Of a DNA stretch of 64,000 bases, positions 59,659 through 64,000 are shown piece by piece. A program made the translations under genes and the position numbers. The DNA is from an uncultured Gemmatimonadota bacterium (GTDB lineage Bacteria; SM23-81; DAOVCL01): NCBI GenBank assembly GCA_964626665.1, contig CAZVGK010000007.1, forward strand, positions 24,505-88,504. The letters are read 5' to 3'. Within the stretch, counting starts at the first letter, position 1. Every line of letters starts with the position of its first letter. Under the pieces are notes generated by a model. It was not told where the DNA came from and made no database searches. It was given only the letters and a program-made list of their open reading frames with translations.

Positions 59659-59884
59659 ACTAATAATCGCGCAGGAAGCACAACAGGACGTCGATGAGGC
59701 ATATAGCTGGTATGAAGATCGTAGACCTGGCTTGGGGGAAGAGTTTCTTACCTGTGTGGACGCGTGTATTCAGGCGATCTGTCGTGTGCCCGAACTGTAT
59801 GCCAAAGTCCACGAGAAGATAATCGTCTACAGCATCTTTCATACATCCCGGGATTCAAAAAAGTGGAGGGATCGCTTGGTTTGA
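59648..59884 (+). CDS. ParE/RelE-family toxin, possibly carrying an internal deletion
   Basis: Overlaps the antitoxin by 11 nt. ParE-like N-terminus and a C-terminal ..IFHTSRD. About 12-15 residues expected before the final strand appear to be missing. Confidence 0.5.
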   Translation: MAVELIIAQEAQQDVDEAYSWYEDRRPGLGEEFLTCVDACIQAICRVPELYAKVHEKIIVYSIFHTSRDSKKWRDRLV

Positions 59885-59974
59885 CTTGCCAATCTTCGCC
59901 GAACCTGTCAGTCCACCTGACTGGTGTTCCGCTACGCCTCACACCGGCAGGTGACTTTATTGTTAGCAACTATA

Positions 59975-60010
59975 AAAAGGGGGAGTAAGTGAGCTCCTCC
60001 CTTTTTTGTT
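59975..60010 (+). terminator. rho-independent terminator (aagggggag..ctcctccctt + TTTTTTG)
   Basis: Stem-loop followed by a T-run directly after the toxin gene. Confidence 0.5.
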
Positions 60011-60094
60011 GGCTCCCCGGGTCAGTGGGGTCTGCCCTTGACATTGGATAAACACTTGCATAGACTTGTTTAAACTTACAAGTAATCAGAGAGG

Positions 60095-60545
60095 GGAAAG
60101 CCCCCCATAAAATTATAAGAACCTGTTTTCCCAATTTTCTCCACACTATTTCGTGTCTGTCCGGAAATACCCATATTTCTTGTCATTCCGGCGATCTTTA
60201 AGCCGGTATCTACTTAAAATCAGTAATGGATTCCCGCTAACGGTAGGCGGGAATGACAAATTGGGACAGACGATATTTCCTTATTTTCTCAGGTTTATCG
60301 GTTGTCCCTTCAACAAATTGCATATCTGTTACCAAGTATCCATTGTTTGAACCTTTAAAACCTTCATGCCCATCATCCGTTCTAAAGGCCCTCATCCCCT
60401 CTGACGTATGCCCTCTCCACTTTGATTAAACCCAATTCTTTGGGCTTTTTGGTGTGCTCAGAGTATGTCCTCAACGCAATCGGTTTAATCCTCTTCTTTC
60501 TGCTTGTGCTCAGATAAGCCGCCGCTTATATTCTACTCATTAGTG
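60095..60545. repeat. ~260-bp direct repeat, copy 2, interrupted by a ~125-bp hairpin insertion (60160-60285) with GTCTGTCCGG-type terminal inverted repeats
   Basis: Aligns with 58780-59045 on both sides of the insertion. The insertion has tgtctgtccgg...ccggcg / cgggaatgacaaattgggacagacg inverted ends, related to the element at 35822-35975. Confidence 0.65.
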
Positions 60546-60579
60546 AAATACGGCTTAAGTTCCCCCCTCAAATCTGCCG

Positions 60580-61700
60580 ATATTATATTTAAAGCCACCA
60601 ATGATTGAGCGGTCACATGCCCTCATCTGACCGTTATCGGCCAACCATTAAGTGCTCTTACTTGACGGCACGGGGGATGGTGGCAGAATCGGGGTTCTGC
60701 CACCTCGTCTTTGGGATCTTTACTACAATCTTGCAAGATCTTGTTTTTTGGGCAAAGTTACTTGGGTGGGTTTGAGTAAGGGCGCAAGGCCTTGCGCCCC
60801 TACGAAACCATATCCGTGCTGGTTCTAACGAGCCGTGAGAACCCCGATTCTGACGGCAAAGATGGAAGGGGGCGGTTTCTACCGCACTTTAGTGCGGGCC
60901 TTCAGTCAATGGCAAAATCCCAATATCAAATGATGAAAGAACTGTCAAGTCGCTCCGCTCTTCGCAATGACCCATCCTTTGCCCATCATTGCGAGCAAAG
61001 CGAAGCAAGCTTTCTCCCCACCGTCAGAATCCCTGTTCTGAAGGCAAAGAAGAAGGTGGGAGAAAAGGGAAATAAGTTGGTAATTGGAAAAGTCAAGACC
61101 AAAGATGTGACCCCATATTTCCGGAGGTTGTGGTTACGGTCTCCCACAAAACTTCCTTTAATGTCCCTCTCCCTCTAACTCCCCACCCCTGGTAGCCGCA
61201 GACTTCAGTCTGCCTATCTGTCAACCTACGAGGTTGTGACTACCCTCCCACCAGGGGAGGGAGGATTTGTGCTGTCAGGGCAGGAGTCCTGACAGCACCA
61301 AAAAGTAAGCAGGGGTCGCTTTTATGCGACCCAAATCCTGCGGGCTTGATAAATCAAGCCCCTACAAGCAGGTCAATTGCCCTCAGATCAGGAGATACAA
61401 CAGCTCAGTTAAAGAGACCACGGATAACCACGGAAAAGGAAGGCAGAAAACCGTCAGCGTAGAAGCCCTGACAGCACAAAAGGGGGGGAATTGCCGTCAG
61501 ATGAGGGAATCTGACGGCTCGCTACCATTCGGAGTTTAAAATTGATGGATTGCTTCCACCATGCTCCTTGTGGATGTTATCACCCACAAGGAGGTGTTCT
61601 TGGTTTATTATAGGAGCTGTAGATGATAACATCCACAGCGAGCTCAAGGAGGTTTCCTTCATTTTTAATTCTACATTTTTAATTCTACATTCGAAGCTTC
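60580..61700. repeat. 1.1-kb non-coding repeat mosaic (three-hairpin composite 60606-60706; caagatcttg element 60713-60745; 20-mer 60877-60898; 115-bp repeat 61021-61130; gtgctgtcagggcaggagtcctgacagcac 61269-61298; gggtcgcttttatgcgaccc; gccgtcagatgagggaatctgacggc 61493-61518; ttgtggatgttatcacccacaa 61566-61594; ttaattctacatt motif 61665-61702)
   Basis: Direct matches to other intergenic regions. ORFs 60792-61178 and 61324-61539 are considered spurious. Confidence 0.8.
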
Positions 61701-61715
61701 GATAGATTGTTATCC

Positions 61716-64000
61716 TCAAACAAATCTTCCGCAACAGTTCTTATACTTCTTCCCCGATCCGCAAGGGCAGGGATCGTTCCTCCCTATCTTCTTCTTGACC
61801 CTTAGCGGGGCTGGCTTGCCAGTAGGGGGAGTATGAGGAGTTGGGGTTGAGGAGACAACCCCTTGGGCCTGGGAATGCAGCTCCCTCATCTCCTCCGGCT
61901 GCAGGATGGGGGCGATCAATGGCCTTATCTGGGCCTTAAATATGACCTCTAACACCTCCTGATTTATCTGATCAAGAAGGCCCAGGAACATATCGAAGGC
62001 CTCTCTTTTGTATTCCACCAAAGGGTCCTTCTGCCCATAGGCTCTCAGTCCTATCCCTTCCTTCAACTGGTCGAGCTCGTAGAGGTGTTCCTTCCACCGC
62101 TCATCGATCACTTGCAGGGTAGCCAGTCTCTCCAGCTCCCTCAGTTGTTCCTCGCCCAACTCTGCCTCCCTACTCTTGTAGGTGGCCAACACCGCATTCT
62201 TTACCAACTCCTTTAACCCTAAATCCTTCCCCTTCTTCCTCTCCACCTCACCAAACTCCACCTCCACCAAGAAGAGCCTCCGCAGCTCCTCATTTAACCC
62301 CTCCAAATCCCACTCCTCTGGATAGAGCTTGGGATCCACATAGGAGGAGATCTTGTTCTCTATCCACTCGGCTATCATCTCCACTATATCCTGGCGGAGA
62401 TTCTCCCCCTCCAGGGCATGGAGCCTACGATCGTAGATCACCTCCCTTTGACGGTTCATTACATCGTCATACTCCAAGAGGTGTTTCCTGATGGAGAAGT
62501 TCTGGGCCTCTACCCTCTTCTGGGCCCTCTGGATAGCTCTGGTGACCATAGGGTGTCTGATCACCTCCCCCTCCTTCACCCCCAACTTATCCATCACCGC
62601 GGCTATCCTCTCCGAGCCGAAGAGCCTCATCAGGTCGTCATCTAAGGAGAGGTAGAAGCGGGAGGAGCCGGGATCTCCTTGCCGGCCACTTCTTCCCCGG
62701 AGCTGACGGTCGATGCGGCGGGCCTCATGCCGCTCGGTGCCGATGATGCGCAGGCCACAGGGGACATCCTCCTCACATCTGAGCTCATCGTAATAAGGAC
62801 AGACCTCCCCCTCTTCTGGAAGGGCAACAACCCGACAACCCGGGTGCTTGACCACCCCTGGCCCCAGCTTTATATCCGTTCCCCTACCGGCCATATTGGT
62901 GGCGATAGTCACTGCCCCCTTCTGGCCGGCCAGGGCCACTATCTCTGCCTCCCTCTGATGGTGCTTAGCATTGAGCACCGCATGGGGTATCCCCTGGTGG
63001 CGGAGCATGCGGGAAAGGGTCTCAGAGACATCTACGGAGACGGTCCCCACAAGCACGGGGTGCCCCTTCTGGTGGAGCCTGGCCACCTCCTTGATGATGG
63101 CATTATATTTCTCCCTCTTTGTGCGAAAGATCACATCATCATAGTCAATGCGGCGCACAGGCTCGTTGGTGGGGATAACTGCCACATCGAGCTTGTAGAT
63201 CTCCCAGAACTCGTTTGCCTCTGTCTCCGCTGTGCCGGTCATCCCAGCCAGCTTATCATAGAGCCGGAAGTAGTTCTGCAGGGTGATAGTAGCCAGGGTC
63301 TGGGTCTCCCTCTCGATCCTTACCCCCTCCTTGGCCTCCAGGGCCTGATGGAGACCATCCGAATATCTCCTTCCCGGGAGGAGGCGGCCGGTGAATTCAT
63401 CAACTATCATCACCTTACCATCCTGAACCACATAATCCACATCCTTTTCAAAGAGGGAATGGGCCTTAAGCAGTTGGTTGATGTTGTGGATCTTCTCGCT
63501 GCGCTCCGCATACTCCCTGTAGACCTTGTCCTTTAACCGCGACTTGTCCGTCGGGGAGAGGGAATCATCTGAATCGATGCGGTGGATCTCCACGCTCAAA
63601 TCAGGCAGGACGAAGAGTTCCCTCTGCTGAGGGGTCAAAAGCTGGATGCCCTGTTCCATCAGGTTGATGCTGTTCTCCCTTTCGTCGATGCTGTAGTAAA
63701 GCTGCTCATCGATCTCCCCCATCCGCTTATCCCGCAGATAGTCGTTCTCCACCTTCCCGATGAGTTTCTTTACCCCTTGCTCCTTCAAAAGCTTCATTAG
63801 CCTCTTGTTCTTGGGGGCCCCCCTGCTGGCAGTGAGAATTTCAATCCCAGCTTCATAATCCTTCCCCTCCTTAAGGAGCTCCTCTCCCTCGGCCACCAGC
63901 CGGTTAACCAGCACGGTCTGCTTCCTCACCATTCCCTTCACCTGGGGATGTAGCTCATCATACCGGTGGGTGGAGACCGAGACCGGGCCGGAGATGATCA
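61716..64000 (-). CDS. secA: preprotein translocase ATPase SecA, C-terminal ~760 aa (N-terminus beyond the window edge)
   Basis: SecA motifs throughout. C-terminal zinc finger ..CPCGSGKKYKNCCG. The ORF is open to the window edge. Confidence 0.9.
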   Translation of the reverse strand, partial: IISGPVSVSTHRYDELHPQVKGMVRKQTVLVNRLVAEGEELLKEGKDYEAGIEILTASRGAPKNKRLMKLLKEQGVKKLIGKVENDYLRDKRMGEIDEQLYYSIDERENSINLMEQGIQLLTPQQRELFVLPDLSVEIHRIDSDDSLSPTDKSRLKDKVYREYAERSEKIHNINQLLKAHSLFEKDVDYVVQDGKVMIVDEFTGRLLPGRRYSDGLHQALEAKEGVRIERETQTLATITLQNYFRLYDKLAGMTGTAETEANEFWEIYKLDVAVIPTNEPVRRIDYDDVIFRTKREKYNAIIKEVARLHQKGHPVLVGTVSVDVSETLSRMLRHQGIPHAVLNAKHHQREAEIVALAGQKGAVTIATNMAGRGTDIKLGPGVVKHPGCRVVALPEEGEVCPYYDELRCEEDVPCGLRIIGTERHEARRIDRQLRGRSGRQGDPGSSRFYLSLDDDLMRLFGSERIAAVMDKLGVKEGEVIRHPMVTRAIQRAQKRVEAQNFSIRKHLLEYDDVMNRQREVIYDRRLHALEGENLRQDIVEMIAEWIENKISSYVDPKLYPEEWDLEGLNEELRRLFLVEVEFGEVERKKGKDLGLKELVKNAVLATYKSREAELGEEQLRELERLATLQVIDERWKEHLYELDQLKEGIGLRAYGQKDPLVEYKREAFDMFLGLLDQINQEVLEVIFKAQIRPLIAPILQPEEMRELHSQAQGVVSSTPTPHTPPTGKPAPLRVKKKIGRNDPCPCGSGKKYKNCCGRFV

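Noticed and set aside
62679-63536. 285-aa ORF antisense to secA
   Set aside because: Lies inside the highly conserved secA coding sequence.

Overview
This is a 64-kb window of a high-G+C diderm (Gram-negative-type) bacterial chromosome. The outer-membrane assignment rests on a lipid A/Kdo gene cluster (GnnA-like oxidoreductase, lpxB, acyltransferase, waaA, lpxK), an LptF/G permease, several OmpA/thrombospondin-type-3 (TSP3) outer-membrane proteins and lipoproteins.

Housekeeping genes include holA, nth, mazG, a fused alanine racemase, an aldehyde dehydrogenase with an in-frame TAG, deoB, cdd, and a partial secA. There is a trehalose block: an OtsA-OtsB fusion, a sugar ABC importer, and a 1324-aa beta-phosphoglucomutase/trehalose-phosphatase/GH65 phosphorylase fusion. 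A DNA-end-processing operon encodes a UvrD-like helicase with a Cas4/AddB-type nuclease domain, an SbcD-like phosphoesterase, and an SbcC-like ATPase with internal transmembrane segments.

Two features stand out.

(1) A tightly coupled four-gene minus-strand operon at 944-6378 encodes an unknown 277-aa protein, two paralogous GxxGxGKTH P-loop ATPases, and an Lhr/DEAD-box-like helicase. It sits next to a dense array of hairpin repeats and a small DUF5678-like/protease-like gene pair, so it is a candidate undescribed defence-like system. A possible relation to BREX BrxD/BrxHI-type accessory modules is inferred from memory only, not from a search.

(2) Nearly every intergenic region is packed with a mosaic of short palindromic hairpin modules (REP/BIME-like). 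These include at least nine copies of the 20-mer TTCTACCGCACTTTAGTGCGG and many other shared hairpin families. Several MITE-like inverted-repeat elements accompany them, and a lower-G+C islet carries a decayed IS200/RAYT-like Y1 transposase remnant.

Lower-G+C islets also carry four toxin-antitoxin modules (one toxin frameshifted in a T-run), a four-helix-bundle gene cassette flanked by inverted repeats, and retropepsin-like aspartic protease pairs.

No rRNA, tRNA or CRISPR array could be supported.
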